Position numbers and translations under genes: made by a program | In this document: positions 25,111-38,011 of the stretch, piece by piece | Numbering within the stretch: position 1 is the stretch's first letter | How the letters are laid out: the number at the start of each line of letters is the position of its first letter | Notes under the pieces: generated by a model | Database searches by the model: none | The model's input: the letters and a program-made list of their open reading frames with translations, nothing else | What the model was told of the DNA's origin: nothing | DNA from: Chiloscyllium plagiosum | Lineage: Eukaryota | Direction of reading: 5' to 3' | NCBI RefSeq assembly: GCF_004010195.1 | Contig: NC_057750.1 | Span: 10,058,605 to 10,113,578 of the forward strand | DNA length: 54,974 nt

Positions 25111-25258
25111 CTGTATCCTTGTCAGCCCCGAAGAGGATGGAGGGTGGGTTGGGATGAACTAGCAGCTGCAAGTAATTCAGGGCAAACTTCTCAATGTAGT
25201 CACGTAGCTGCTCCTTGTCGTACATTCTTTTGATAAACATCAGTGCCTGGGAGCGGAC
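25111..25258 (-). CDS. SYMPK: Symplekin exon: [49 protein letters not shown]
   Basis: ctccag|GTC...ACAG|gtgaga; 148 nt, phase 0-1. Confidence 0.97.
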
Positions 25259-25727
25259 CTGGAGAAGGAGACACCTCACAGTGAACAGGTTGGCGGGAGG
25301 CAGCCCAGTTTTCCATTTTAGACACCCTCATTTTACAAACAGGTGGTTCCCAATGGTCCAATGAATCAAAGCATCTAGCAGGAGGGTGCTGTTGGTAAAG
25401 AGCATCCCAGCTGCCAACGGCCATTTATGGTTCTTCAGCTCTTTCTCAGATGCTGGAGCAGGCGTGGCTACAACTGGCCTTAGTCTGCCTGGGGTTTTAG
25501 GAAATAAACCGTTTTCATTTATATGGTGCCTCTCACAACCATTGGGACAAATCAAAGCATTTATAGCCAAAGAGCTAATATCAAAGTGTAATCGTAGGTG
25601 GCAAAGCATGCTTACATCATGCCAGAAAACTGCAATCTGATAACAAGGTTTCCTTAAATGCTGGTTGAAGGATGTATATTAGCCAGGACACTAGGGGAAA
25701 GCTACCAAATAATTTTCTCGAACCACC

Positions 25728-26040
25728 GGCACAGTGGCTCAGTGGTTAGCACTGCTACCTCACAGTACCAGGGACATGGGTTCGATTCCAGCCTCGGGTG
25801 ACTGTGCGAAGTCCAGGGGCTCCGGTTTCCTCCCACAGTCCAAAGATGTGCAGGTCAGGGTGGATTGGCCGTGCTAAATGGCAGAGTTTCCAGAGTTCTG
25901 CAGGCGAGGTGGATTCCCCGTGGGAAACGCAGAGTTGCAAGGACGGGGGTCGGGTCAAGGTAGGACGCTCTTCGGGTGGTCAGGGTGGACTCGATGAGCC
26001 GTATGGCCTGCTTCCACACTGAAGGGATTCTAGGATTCTT
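25728..26040 (+). mobile_element. HE1-like SINE inserted in an older Deu-domain SINE remnant (about 25500-26110, minus)
   Basis: GGCACAGTGGCTCAGTGGTTAGCAC...GGTTCGATTCC; flanks resemble the AmnSINE1/SacSINE1 Deu domain and tail. Confidence 0.75.
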
Positions 26041-26414
26041 TTCTATTCTATGAAAACACCATCATATCTTTTATACCCATTCCAGAGGGGAGACAATCAC
26101 AACTGAACTAAAAGGCTTGAGAGTATAGAGCAGTACTGCACTTCAGCGTCAGTTTAGGTGGGTGTTCGCCACACTCTGTGGTGAGACTTGAAAACTACCA
26201 CCAGATTTGGAGGCAGGAGTGGGCTAGAGCTCTCTTGATACTCAACAGATGCAGGCCCAGTTTCTGTGTTGAACTAGCCTACCTTTGTGCAGCAGCCCAA
26301 GGGTGAACACTGGGCCTACTTGAGTTAGGAAGCTAATAAGAGGTTATTACAGGAAGGCTGAGAGTGGGCACGGAAGAGCTGCCCAGTGACAGTCTGAGCC
26401 TTCAGGAATGAAGG

Positions 26415-26625
26415 AAGAAAGGAGGACTGCAGATGCTGGAGCTCAGAGTCGAGTGTGTAGCGCTGGAAAAGCGCAGCAGGTCAGGCAACATCCGAGGAGC
26501 AGTAGAGTCGACGTTTTAGGCTTAAGCCTTTCATCAGCAAAGACTGATGCCCAAAACGTCAATCCCCCTGCTCCTCGGATGCTGCCTGACCTGTTGTGCT
26601 TTTCCAGCGCCACAACTCTCGACCC
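26415..26625. mobile_element. Palindromic Penelope-like mini-element
   Basis: Arms GCTGGAAAAGCGCAGCAGGTCAGGCA / TGCCTGACCTGTTGTGCTTTTCCAGC; decayed hammerheads. Confidence 0.75.
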
Positions 26626-26766
26626 TTAAGGACTGAAGGAAAACAGTGCTGGGGCATGGGGGGGGGGGGGGGTGCGGGGAGACAGACCAGAGTGAGATAG
26701 AAATGGTGGATAATTAAATTGAAGATAAGAACTGAAGCGGGGGTGGCTGCATTTTGTGTCTTTCAC

Positions 26767-26880
26767 CTTATCCTTCTCATGAGAGCTCAAATCAAGCAGC
26801 ACATGGAGGTACTGCAGCTGCTTTGAAGGCCTCTTAAAGATCAGATCCCTTAGTGTTGACATTCCAAGGTAGATGCGAGT
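26767..26880 (-). CDS. SYMPK: Symplekin exon: [38 protein letters not shown]
   Basis: ttgcag|ACT...AAG|gtgaaa; 114 nt; the preceding intron is only 92 nt. Confidence 0.96.
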
Positions 26881-26972
26881 CTGCAAGAAAGATAAGGGAG
26901 GGTCATCACCAGCACTTTGGAACTGACAAAAGGGTATACAACGCAGCCGACTGCTAGTATCCCGACACCCAC

Positions 26973-27054
26973 CTTATCCTCGCAGTACCTGCGGATCACC
27001 TCTAACGCACTGTCAGTTATACACGGAGCTTCCAGAACCAGCTTGGTAAACAGC
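26973..27054 (-). CDS. SYMPK: Symplekin exon: [27 protein letters not shown]
   Basis: cattag|G...AAG|gtgggt; 82 nt, phase 2-0. Confidence 0.96.
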
Positions 27055-28566
27055 CTAATGGAGGAAGATGGACAGTGAGAAAAACGATCAGAAATTACAA
27101 CAACAACAAACTTGCAGCATTTGGGAAGCACACATCCATAATACATCCTTGCTAATATCAAGGGTCTGCTATTGCGCTAATGGCATATGAAAAGACTGGA
27201 ATGAATGGTGGGTGAAAGCAACAATGTGTATTTATACAGCACTATTAAAAGTAGAAAAGGCACCAAAACACTTCACAGAGGCATTATCCCACAAAATCTG
27301 CCACACAAGGAGATATGACGGGTGTTGTGGACCAGAACAAACTTCCTCAAAATATGCTAAGATACCTTTAAAATAAGAAAATGTTATGAAGTCTAGGCTA
27401 AGTGTAAGGCATTGTTTTCAGGATGCAATTTGATTGGTCAAACTACCAGATTTGAAGCAAAACACACTTTGCGAAAACATTGTAGTTAAAATATGACAAA
27501 AAAAGGAAGCGATTGGAATAATTAACTCTGTTGGAAAGCTGAAATAGATTATTTTACTACTGAACAGTAACTGTTCCAATATGGTAACGTCCCATAAACA
27601 CACCCTTGACAAAGGCAAATTCAGGAAAATAGATTGTCTCACAGGCAATTCTCCAGCCCAGGAGGAAAATCATCGAGAAACCTCAGAGAGACAGAGTGCA
27701 ACAGAGAGAAATAGAGACAGTGCAGCAGGGAGAGATGAACTGGAGCTTCCAAACTTAACTTTCAGACCCCAGCAACCACTACTGAAAAACTCAAAAAAAT
27801 CCTGATTCTGTGGGATATTGACCCCACCCAATCAGGCTGCTTCTATTGTTCCAAACTTTAAAAAAAACAACATCTCACATGCTGTTTACTTTAAGGGCTT
27901 TCATTAGGCAGCTCCTCACCTCTGACTTAAAACCTCTCTTCAAAAAAAAAACCAGGACAAAATACACTTCTTAAAGCCATAGTACAGTCACACAGATGAC
28001 CATGAGCTTGGTCAAGGTGGCACATTAATCAGGGGTGAGCAGGATGTTGAAATGTGAGGAGCACAGATGTTTAAGGGGAATGTAGGCCGGGGTGAAGATT
28101 ACAGATCATTGGAGGAAGAGATTGGTAGACCGAGGCCATGGAGAGAATTTAATGAGAAGGAGAATTTTTAAGTCAAAGTGCCGACTGACTGGGTATCAAT
28201 GTGGGCCAGCAAGCACAGGCCTGACGTGTGCCGTGGGTTATGACCTGGACAGAGTTTTAAATGAACTTAAGTATTCTAAAGTGGTAGGTCAGCCAGGAGT
28301 GCATCTACAAAGCAGAAGTCAGCTGCCTGAAACAAATAATCATCAATTTTTCTAAAGTTTACATTTGAGTGACCAACCTGGCTTAGGCCTGCATTCCAGA
28401 GCTCCCAGTGACAACAGGCAGGTTCTCTTCATCCACACAACCCAAAACGTTCAGCAGATGGTGTATCGATAAGCCAAATCTATCAAGAATGTCCGAGGTC
28501 CCATCCATAATTTCCTGCAGTCACCGAGTATATAGCAAGTCTATGCTATATACTGGATGACTGCAC

Positions 28567-29187
28567 GGTGGCACGCTGGCTCAGTGGTTAGCACTGCTGC
28601 CTCACAGCACCAGGGACCGGTGTCAATTCCAGCCTCGGGCGACTGTCTGTGTGGAGTTTGCACATTCTCCCAATGTCTGCATGGGTTTCCTCCCACAGTC
28701 CAAAGATGTGCCCATTCAGGTGAATTGGCCATGCTAAATTGCCCGTAGTGTTAGCTGCATTAGTCAGAGGTAAATGGGTCTGGGTGAGTTACTCTTTGGA
28801 GGGTCAGTGTGGACTTGTTGAGCTGAAGGACCTGTTTCCACACTGTAGGGAATCTAATCTTGAGGGTGGCATGGTGACTCAGTGATTAGCACTGCTGCCT
28901 CACAGCACCAGGGTCCCTGGTTCGATTCCAGCCTCGGGTGACTGTCTCTGTGGAGCTTGGACATTCTCCCAGTGCCTACGTGGGATTCCTCCAGGTGCTC
29001 TAGTTTCCTCCCACAATTCAAAGAATGTGCAGGTCAGGTGGCTTGGCCATGCTAAATTGCCTCGTAGCGTTAGATGCATTAGTTAGAGGGAAATGGGTCT
29101 GGGTGGATTACTCTTCAGAGGTTCGGTGTGGAATGGTTGGGCCGAAGGGCCTGTTTCCACACTGTAGGGAATCTAATCTATCTAATC
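28567..29187 (+). mobile_element. Head-to-tail pair of HE1-like SINEs
   Basis: Two complete heads (about 28567 and 28864), each ending in AATCT repeats. Confidence 0.88.
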
Positions 29188-29329
29188 AGAACAGGACTAA
29201 ACTCCGGATGTTGTGATCCACTCCATAACCAAATAATCTAATATTCACAGCTGTTTGAAATAAATGAAGTATAAGACAAGACCCTGGGAAACACCATGAA
29301 TCAGAACGACCTTGGTGGGCATGTCCACT

Positions 29330-30040
29330 AGTCCCTTAAGGTAGGAGGACAGGTCAATCAAGTGGTTAACAAGGTATATGGCAGGTGGGACTAGATTTGG
29401 TTGGGATATCTGGTCGGCATGGACAAGTTGGACCGAAGGGTCTGTTTCCGTGCTGTACATCTCTCTGACTCTATATGGGATACTTGCCTTTAGTAACCAA
29501 GGCAGAGTGTGTAAGAGCAGGGAGGTTATGCTGGAACTGTATAAAATGTTAAATAGACCACAGTTAGTGCAGTTCTGGAATCCACATTATGGTCAGGATG
29601 TGATTGCACTGGTGAGAGTTTAGAGGACATTTACCAGGATGTTGTCTGGGCTGGAGAGTTGTAGTTATGAAAAGAGAATTGACAGACTGGAGTTGTATTC
29701 CTTGATACAGAAGAGACTGAGGGGGGACATGATTGAGATGTGTAAAACCATGAGTGCCACAGATAGGAAGAAACCTTTCTCCCAAACATGGATCAATGAC
29801 TGGGGGTGCACAGCTCGAAGGTAAGAAGCAAGATGTTTAGAGAGGATGCAAGGACATTTTGTGGAAGAATGTGGAATTCCCCACTTGCAAGGCTGGTCGA
29901 AGCAGAAATCCACATAATGTAAGTAGTATCTAGACATGTGATACCCAGCATTCAAGGGCATGGGTGAAGTGATGGAAGATGGGATAAGAATAGCACGGTT
30001 CTTGTTTTAGACAGACACAGACCTGATGGGCCAAAGGGTC
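29330..30040 (+). mobile_element. Older CR1 fragment with a nested young CR1 3' end (about 29378-29476)
   Basis: EVMLELYKMLNRPQL..QFWNPHY, LRGDMIEMCK; TATATGG duplicated around the insert. Confidence 0.8.
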
Positions 30041-30059
30041 TTTTTTTTTATGTAAGAAG

Positions 30060-30395
30060 CATAGAATCCCCACAATGAGCGAACAGGCCCTTCGGCCCAA
30101 CAAGTCCACACCGACCCTCTGAACAGTAACCCACCCAGACCCATTCCCCTACCCTATATTTACCCCTGAATGCACCTAACCTGCACATCCCTGAACACTA
30201 TGGGCAGTTTAGCACGGCCAATCCACCCTAACCTGCGCAATCTGGACTGTGGGAGGAAACCGGAGCACCCGGAGGAAACACCCTGACGCAGGCAGAATGT
30301 GCAAACTCCACACAGGCAGTCGCCTGAGGCTGGAACTGAACCCGGGTCCCTGGCGCTGTGAGGTAGCAGCAGTAACCACTGAGCCACCGCTGCTG
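30060..30395 (-). mobile_element. HE1-like SINE
   Basis: Full head, V-domain and tail. Confidence 0.87.
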
Positions 30396-30571
30396 CGTGG
30401 CACACCTCTATGACATTGTACAGGTTTATTCAAGAAGGATGGTCACTTTGGTGAGGTACAACAGGAAATCTACCCCAGCATATTTAGAGGGTGATGGAGA
30501 AAGCTGGAAAAACAATTAGCAAAGTTTGATTAGAAGTGTTGAGAGTGGATTCTATCAGCATAGTTACTGAC

Positions 30572-30807
30572 CCGTCTTTCTGGTCTGGTTTCTCCTGCAG
30601 CCCAGACAGTAAGCTGGTCAAACATTCATCGTAATTCTCCAGATTGCCATTGGGCCACTTGTCCAGGTACAGGTTGTACTCCTGGTACAGCCAGGCAAAC
30701 GCAAGGTCCACACGGTTCCGGATATCCTCCAGGATGAAATCCATCATCTTGCCTTTCAACTTCCCATCAAATTGCGTCACGAGACGGGCAAGAATCTTCA
30801 CACGAAT
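30572..30807 (-). CDS. SYMPK: Symplekin exon: [13 protein letters not shown]...[12 protein letters not shown]...[10 protein letters not shown]
   Basis: ttccag|ATT...GG|gtcagt; 236 nt, phase 0-2. Confidence 0.97.
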
Positions 30808-30965
30808 CTGGAATTGAGAAGTGGAAGTCAGAAAATTGTAACATAACAGCAGAGAATCTGGCCAGAGAGGGCAATCTAAATACTTCTAATGATACAAGTG
30901 CTGCAGTTCCCAATATAAAATCATGAGGAGCATGGATAGGATGAATCGCCTTTTTCCCCAGAGCT

Positions 30966-31300
30966 ACGGTGGCACAGTGGTTAGCACTGCTGCCTCACAA
31001 CGCCAGAGACCCGGGTTCAATTCCTGTCTCGGGCGACTCTCTGTGTGGAGTTTGCCCATTCTCCCTGTGTCTGCGTGGGTTTCCTCCGGGTGCTCCGGTT
31101 TCCTCCCACAGTCCAAAAATGTGCAGGTTAGGTGAATTGGCCATGCTAAATTGCCCGTAGTGTTAGGTGAAGGGGTAAATATAGGGGAATGGGTTTGGGT
31201 GGGTTGCGCTTCGGCAGGTCGGTATGGACTTGGTGGGCCGAAGGGCCTGTTTCCACACTGTAAGTAATCTAATCTAATCTAATCTAATCTAATCTAATCT
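30966..31300 (+). mobile_element. HE1-like SINE with (TAATC)n tail
   Basis: A/B boxes, V-domain, microsatellite tail at about 31266-31300. Confidence 0.9.
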
Positions 31301-31308
31301 AGAGGGCA

Positions 31309-32098
31309 NNNNNNNNNNNNNNNNNNNNNNNNNNNNNNNNNNNNNNNNNNNNNNNNNNNNNNNNNNNNNNNNNNNNNNNNNNNNNNNNNNNNNNNNNNNN
31401 NNNNNNNNNNNNNNNNNNNNNNNNNNNNNNNNNNNNNNNNNNNNNNNNNNNNNNNNNNNNNNNNNNNNNNNNNNNNNNNNNNNNNNNNNNNNNNNNNNNN
31501 NNNNNNNNNNNNNNNNNNNNNNNNNNNNNNNNNNNNNNNNNNNNNNNNNNNNNNNNNNNNNNNNNNNNNNNNNNNNNNNNNNNNNNNNNNNNNNNNNNNN
31601 NNNNNNNNNNNNNNNNNNNNNNNNNNNNNNNNNNNNNNNNNNNNNNNNNNNNNNNNNNNNNNNNNNNNNNNNNNNNNNNNNNNNNNNNNNNNNNNNNNNN
31701 NNNNNNNNNNNNNNNNNNNNNNNNNNNNNNNNNNNNNNNNNNNNNNNNNNNNNNNNNNNNNNNNNNNNNNNNNNNNNNNNNNNNNNNNNNNNNNNNNNNN
31801 NNNNNNNNNNNNNNNNNNNNNNNNNNNNNNNNNNNNNNNNNNNNNNNNNNNNNNNNNNNNNNNNNNNNNNNNNNNNNNNNNNNNNNNNNNNNNNNNNNNN
31901 NNNNNNNNNNNNNNNNNNNNNNNNNNNNNNNNNNNNNNNNNNNNNNNNNNNNNNNNNNNNNNNNNNNNNNNNNNNNNNNNNNNNNNNNNNNNNNNNNNNN
32001 NNNNNNNNNNNNNNNNNNNNNNNNNNNNNNNNNNNNNNNNNNNNNNNNNNNNNNNNNNNNNNNNNNNNNNNNNNNNNNNNNNNNNNNNNNNNNNNNNN
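31309..32098. other. Assembly gap
   Basis: N run between a (TAATC)n tail and a (CCCAA)-rich repeat. Confidence 1.
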
Positions 32099-32235
32099 AC
32101 AACCGCCCTTGTCCAACCCAACCTCCCCCACCCAACCCAACCCCAACCCCCCCACCCAACCCAACCCAAACTCAACTGCCCCCACCCAACTCAACCCAAA
32201 CCCAACTGCCCCGTCCAACTCAACCCAAACCTAAC
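32099..32235. repeat. (CCCAA)-rich degenerate tandem repeat
   Basis: CCCAACCCAACCCAAAC units bordering the gap. Confidence 0.85.
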
Positions 32236-32976
32236 CTTATTAAAAAACCTTGGATTAAACAGGAGAGGATAGCTATAGCATGAGACATACAAGGGTTATA
32301 TGTACAGTAAGCAATTAGGAATCCAAATAGTATTGCATCCTTTATGAAAAGGAGTAGAAAGTATAAGATTAAGGAAGGCTTGATGCAATTATATTGTAAT
32401 CAGGATTATAAGACTACATTTTGAGAGGATTGTGCAGTTTTGGGCTCCATATCAATGGAAGGATATTCTTGCCTAAGGGAAGCACAGCAAAGGTTCGCTG
32501 GACCCATCCCTGACCTAAGGATGCTACAAAGGGAGACTGAGTAGGTGGGTGTAAACTCCAGGTAATTAGATTAAATGAAAAATGATCTCAGAAATGTGTA
32601 CACTTCTGAGAAGGTTTAATAGGGTGAGTTCAGACAGCCTGTTTGACACAGCTAGTGCAATGTCTCAGGATAATGATGTCAACTATTTTGGGCTGAACCG
32701 AGAAGAGATTTCTTTGTTGAAAAAGTTGCATATCTTTGATATTGTCACCCGACAAAGATAAAGATGCTCAGTCGCTGGATAAAATACAATATTGGGACAG
32801 ATAGATTTTTAGACACTATGGGGAGAGGGCAGGAAAGTGGATTTGATGTAGAAATTCAGCGAGTTTATTGACTGGTGCAGCAGGCTTAAGGAGCAACTCC
32901 GACTCTCCGTTACGTCCCCACACACAAACGCAGAAGGTCCATGGCCACAAATGTGACAGGAAAAAGCACACAATAC

Positions 32977-33124
32977 CGCTCCAGCTCCACCTCGCGCGAC
33001 TGCTTTCTCCGCTTTAAGGATGCGTTGCACGGCTCCGAGCTTCAGCTTGTCGATCTTATCCGCAGGCAGCTGCTGGACAACGTCTCCCAGGCGGAAAACC
33101 TTCTTCCGCCCACTCTGCCCCGGC
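32977..33124 (-). CDS. SYMPK: Symplekin exon: PGQSGRKKVFRLGDVVQQL...RILKAEKAVARGGAGA
   Basis: ttgcag|G...GCG|gtattg; 148 nt, phase 2-0. Confidence 0.95.
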
Positions 33125-33624
33125 CTGCAAACAACAAATAACCTATCAGCTACTGGAAAAGACCTAACCAGTACCCGGGCAAGGGAAGGTTTGAAAACAT
33201 GCCAAAAGGTTACAGAAGCCTCAGCTCCAGTTAGGGATCTTGGGTTCGGAAGAACATCGCTGTTACTCTGTTCAGTTAGCAGATCTCTGTCAGGCCTACA
33301 TGTCTCAGGGACTCATAAGTGGGGGAAAAGTGCATGCCCTGACAATGCCACCAATGTTCAGTGGGCTAGTTGTTGAATACACCTGGATAGTGTACCCGAT
33401 GCCCAAGAGCCCTCTTTGATCTCATCCCACTAATCATATCATCAATTGAACACCCCTCAACAATCTGAAAACAGAAAATGCTGGGTCAGACAGTTTCCAC
33501 GGACAGGGAGTAAGCTAATGTTTCGATCTAGATGACTCTGCATCAGAGCCCTCAGCAATCCTTGTGCTGTTCTCAATTCCTTACATCCATCCTTTGGCAG
33601 GAGTACCTTCAGCTTTTATTTTAA

Positions 33625-33957
33625 ATTCATTCGCAGGATGAGGGCGTCGCTGGCTGGACCAGCATTTATTGCCCAACCCTTTTTGTCTAGAGGGCATTTG
33701 AGAGTCAACCACACAATTGTGGGTCTGGAGTCACATGTAGTCCAGACCAGTTAAGGATGGCAGTTTGCTTCCCTAAAGGACATTAGTGAACAATCAACAA
33801 TGGATTCATGGTCTTTGTTACACCCTTAATTCCAGATATTTATTGAATTCAAATTCCACCATCTGCCATGGCGGGATTTGAACCTGAGCCCCCAGAATGT
33901 TACCTGGGTCTCTGGATTAACAGTCTAGCGATGACACCACAAGGCCGTTGCCTCCCC
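33625..33957 (-). mobile_element. tRNA-derived SINE with L2-like tail
   Basis: Reverse complement of the 38012-38350 family. Confidence 0.8.
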
Positions 33958-34251
33958 TAGCTTCCAGTTAAACTCTTTTTAAAACCCCATCTCCCCTCAA
34001 AGATGCTCCTTACAGTATATTTTTTGGAGCAAGCCTTTGGTCACACATCCATTTTTCACTACATGGCAGAGTGTCAGAGGGCCTTTATTGATGCTCCTCA
34101 AAACAGCCTTTGCATATTCTTCTACATTAAAGAGGATGCTATAGTAATGCAGGCATTTGTTGAGCCTGTTGGTTGGGGACATTCTATTCACAGCCTAGGC
34201 ACCTGAGCAACACAGCCACCCGAGCGTCCATTTTCCGAAGTGACCACCTAC

Positions 34252-34462
34252 CTTGACTGACTAGACTGCAAAATGGGTTCCACTCGCCGCTTTGCTTGCA
34301 TCTCCTCCTCTTTGGTGGGCTGAGTAAAGGGTGCTCCGACAACAGAGATGGCTTGGCCGTGCCGCATCATGGAGTAACGCCGCTTGATAACTAGCCCCTC
34401 ACTTTTCACATCTTTCCCTTGCTTCAGGTCCTCATCAGATTGGAGCTTCATCTGGTCAACAC
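34252..34462 (-). CDS. SYMPK: Symplekin exon: VDQMKLQSDEDLKQ...GQAISVVG...QAKRRVEPILQSSQS
   Basis: cctcag|GT...AG|gtaggt; 211 nt, phase 1-2; conserved GQAISVVG and QAKRR-EPI motifs. Confidence 0.94.
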
Positions 34463-34649
34463 CTGAGGGAAAAGCAGGCAGATAATGACAGGGGTGCCTG
34501 CCCCTCAAACACAAATCCACCTCAAGGGACAGCCATTTTCCCTCCATAATCAGCACCATCAGGAATGCCTTTGCTGAGACTACTGCACAAAACGCAGCCT
34601 GTGAAATACTGAAAGAGTGTTACAAGGTTAGAGGTATCGCCATACATGG

Positions 34650-34922
34650 GAGACATCAAACAGGCTCTGGTTGTACCCTCAGACAAATGTTAAAAACTCC
34701 ATGACATTATTTCGAAGAGCTGGGGATTCACCCAGGTTTTAGAGACAATATTTACCTCCAAAACCAAACATGCTAAAAGCAGATTAGCTGACGTTTTCAA
34801 ATACATTAGTGAAATCTTGCCATGTATAAATTGGGTGCCACACTCCCTGTAATTAACTGTAAAGCATTTTAGAACATACAGAGGTCATGAAAGGTTCGAC
34901 ACAAATGCAAGTCTTTCTTTTT
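34650..34922 (+). mobile_element. Deu-domain SINE remnant (SacSINE1/AmnSINE1-like)
   Basis: TAAAAACTCCATGACATTATTTCGAAGAGC...GTCATGAAAGG...AAATGCAAGTCTTTCTTT resembles the recalled consensus. Confidence 0.65.
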
Positions 34923-35302
34923 GACGCCCTTGATGACCTCTTGACCAAGCATCTGAAAATTTCCATCTTCGCTCCAATTGTTTTAAAAAAGGACCCGAGG
35001 GGCAACTCTTTCATGCAGAGGGTGGTGTGTGTATGGAATGAGCTGTCAGAGGAAGTGTGAGAGACAGATATAATTACAACATTTAAAAGGAATGATCTCT
35101 GAGTGACACTTTAGTGTTCATGGCCATGGCCATCTCTCTGCCCATGTTCCAGTATTACCTACTGACAGGATAGTAGCAGGCTCATTGTGCACCACTTGAA
35201 GGCCACAGCAGTGACTGGAGTTACAGAAGATAAGTACATTCTGTCTGGGATACTGTAAGTACCTGAACCCAGTGACAGCCAGAATGAAGCAATTGCAAAC
35301 AA

Positions 35303-35498
35303 AGTTAAAAATCACAAAACACCAGGTTATAGTCCAACAGGTTTACTTGGAAGCACTAGCTTTCAGAGCGCTGCATTGATGATGGAGCAGCACTCCGAAA
35401 GCTAGTGCTTCCAAATAAACCTGTTGGACTATAACTTGATGTATTGTGATTTTTAACTTTGTACACCCCAGTCCAACAACGGCACCTTCAAATCATAT
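35303..35498. mobile_element. Palindromic Penelope-like mini-element
   Basis: Same family as 5305-5516; CAAAC(A/G)AAGTT duplication at 35296-35306/35499-35509. Confidence 0.8.
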
Positions 35499-35909
35499 CA
35501 AACGAAGTTGTGAGCATGGAACAAATAAACAAATGGCACTCCCTTACTTTTGCTTGTCTCAGTGTCCATGTGTAGTGGGAATGCAACTAAAGAGAATTTT
35601 GACTGAAATCACAAAACTAGCTTCGAGTCTCGATCGGTTATTAACATACAAGTCCCTTTCAGTGATGGCTGCACTGAGTCATAATGAAACGTGCTGTGGT
35701 CTCTCTCAAGTGATAAAGAACTATTAGTGGACAGCATTACTGGGAGGACATGCTTTTTAGATCATGAGAGCACTGCCCAGTTGCTCAGGGGAGTTTTATT
35801 TATCTTGAATGCAGATACACGTCACAGATTCCTGTCAATCAAAACATCTGTTATAGATGGTATCGTGCACAGTAAAGTATCTCACAGTCACAACATTAAA
35901 CACGAACTG

Positions 35910-36495
35910 TACCCAGGTCTATAGGAATTGGAAGGTCTTGTTGCAGCTGTACAGGACATTGGTTGGGCCACTGCGTACAATTTTGGTTTCCCTGCTATAG
36001 AAAAGATGTTGTTAAACTTAAAAAGGTGCAGAAAAGATTTACAAGGGTGTTGCCAGAGTTGGAAGATGTGAGCTATAGGGAGAGGCTGAATAGGTTGGGG
36101 CTGTTTTTCCAGGAGAGTCGGAGGCTGAGGGGTGACCTTATAACGGTTTATAAAATCATGAGGGACATGGATAGGGTAAATAGCCAGGGTCTCTTCCCTG
36201 GGGTGGGGGAGTCCAAAACTAGAGGGCATAGGTTTAGGGTTAGAGGGGGAAGATATAAAAGGGACCTAAGGGTCAATGTTTTCACACAGAGGATGGGGCA
36301 AGTCTGGAATGAGCTGCCAAAGAAAGTGGTTGATGCCGGTACAATTACAATATTTAAAAGGAATCTGGGTGGGTACATGAATAGGAAAGGTTGGGAGGAA
36401 TACAGGGCAAATGCTGGTATATGAGACTAGATTATTTTATGGACAAATTGGACCATAGGGCCAGTTTCCGAGCTGTACTACTCCATGACTCTACT
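35910..36495 (+). mobile_element. CR1 LINE 3' fragment
   Basis: CVQFWFPCYRKDVVKLKKVQKRFTR...LRGDLITVYKIM. Confidence 0.92.
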
Positions 36496-37032
36496 GAATT
36501 TTCGGAAATTCTTTTTCTCTTGCAGTTGGACTAAAACATGGCTGCTGAGGGTACAGTGACTTTTGCAATTTCTACAAAGATTCAGATATATCTGAAGTTT
36601 CCAGGTGAATAATCACAGGCAGCTCACTTGAATTGAAGGACCAAAAACTCATTTGTGGAATTGTCAATGTTTGTGGAATTATCCAAAACTCAAAAATCGA
36701 CAGACTGCTGGACCAGCTGCCTGCAAGCTTGACATTTATAGAGAGAGACAGAACGGCTACAGCATACGATGTGGTCACTTGGTATCCGAAACCTTGATTC
36801 GCCTGCTCCTCGGTTGGTGCTTGACTTGCTGTGCTTTTCCAGCGCCACACTTTGACTTGGCATGTTACGCCCACACCTGTTCCCGAAGGGATAATGCAGA
36901 CAGCTCCACTTCCCCACTCCTTTGTCAGAGCCCCACATGCATCTCCCAGCCAAACAAAATCCATTCTCTTCTGTACTTCACAACCAAGCCTCCTTCCGCC
37001 ACAGGCCCAGATAATGAAAGTTATGCAGAAAC

Positions 37033-37542
37033 AGAAAGATGTTGTGAAACTTGAAAGGGCTCAGAAAAGATTTACAAGGATGATGCCAGGGTTGGAGAAT
37101 TTGAGCTACAGGGAGAGGCTGAACGGGCTGGGGCTGTTTTCCCTGGAGCGTCGGAGGCTGAGGGGTGACCTTATAGAGGTTTATAAAATTATGAGGAGCA
37201 TGGATAGGGTAAATAGACAAGATCTCTTCCTCAGGGTGGGGGAATCCAAAACTAGAGGGCATAGGTTTAGGGTGAGAGGGAAAAGATATAAAAGAGACCT
37301 GAGAGGCAACTTTTTCACACAGAGGGTGGTACGTGTATGGAATGAGCTGCCAGAGGAAATGGTGGAGGCTGGTACAATTGCAACATTTAAGAGGCATTTG
37401 GATGGGTATATGAATAGGAAGGGTTTGGAGGGATATGGGCCGGGTGCTGGCAGGTGGGACTAGATTGGGTTGGGATATCTGCTCGGCATGGACGGTTTGG
37501 ACCGAAGGGTCTGTTTCCATGCTGTACAGCTCTATGACTCTA
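37033..37542 (+). mobile_element. Young CR1 LINE 3' fragment with open ORF2 C-terminus
   Basis: KDVVKLERAQKRFTRMMPGL...FKRHLDGYMNRKGLEGYGPGAGRWD*, 3' UTR and CTCTATGA tail. Confidence 0.93.
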
Positions 37543-38011
37543 TAAATAGAGTGTGGATATGCACTACCTATCCCCCTTGTGTAGAACCTCAAACCATTCC
37601 AGGTGGATCAGAGAAGTATAGGTCAGGTGGTCACCTGGCTGAAACTGATCACAAATAACAGATGACCCCAAGCAGCCAAGAGGAGATCAATCAGTTTGCA
37701 AATGACGAGATACTGGCAGCAAGGGAACACCACCAAAGCTTGAAAGCTGAAGCTTACTACATCTGAAGGACTCCAAGTCTGTACAATTCAAGTCATTAGT
37801 CAAGAAAACTGACCTCCTGATACCAAAGCTTAAAGCAACTAACTTCATGACTTCCTGAAAAACTCTCTCTTCAAAGGAATACTCCTCATTAGGACACTGG
37901 CTATTGAATCGTCCTGGACTCCTCGTCAGGCCTTCTTCACAGAGTCTGCTTCTTTTCCAACGTCTGCCAAAGTCACATGATTTACGAACTATTACTTTGT
38001 ACATCAGTTGG

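Noticed and set aside
28567..28640. tRNA-like sequences with A/B boxes
   Set aside because: SINE heads followed by V-domain and LINE tail; not bona fide tRNA genes.
36831..37463. 210-aa ORF and similar ORFs at 9783, 35963 and 49716
   Set aside because: C-terminal fragments of CR1 LINE ORF2, not host genes.
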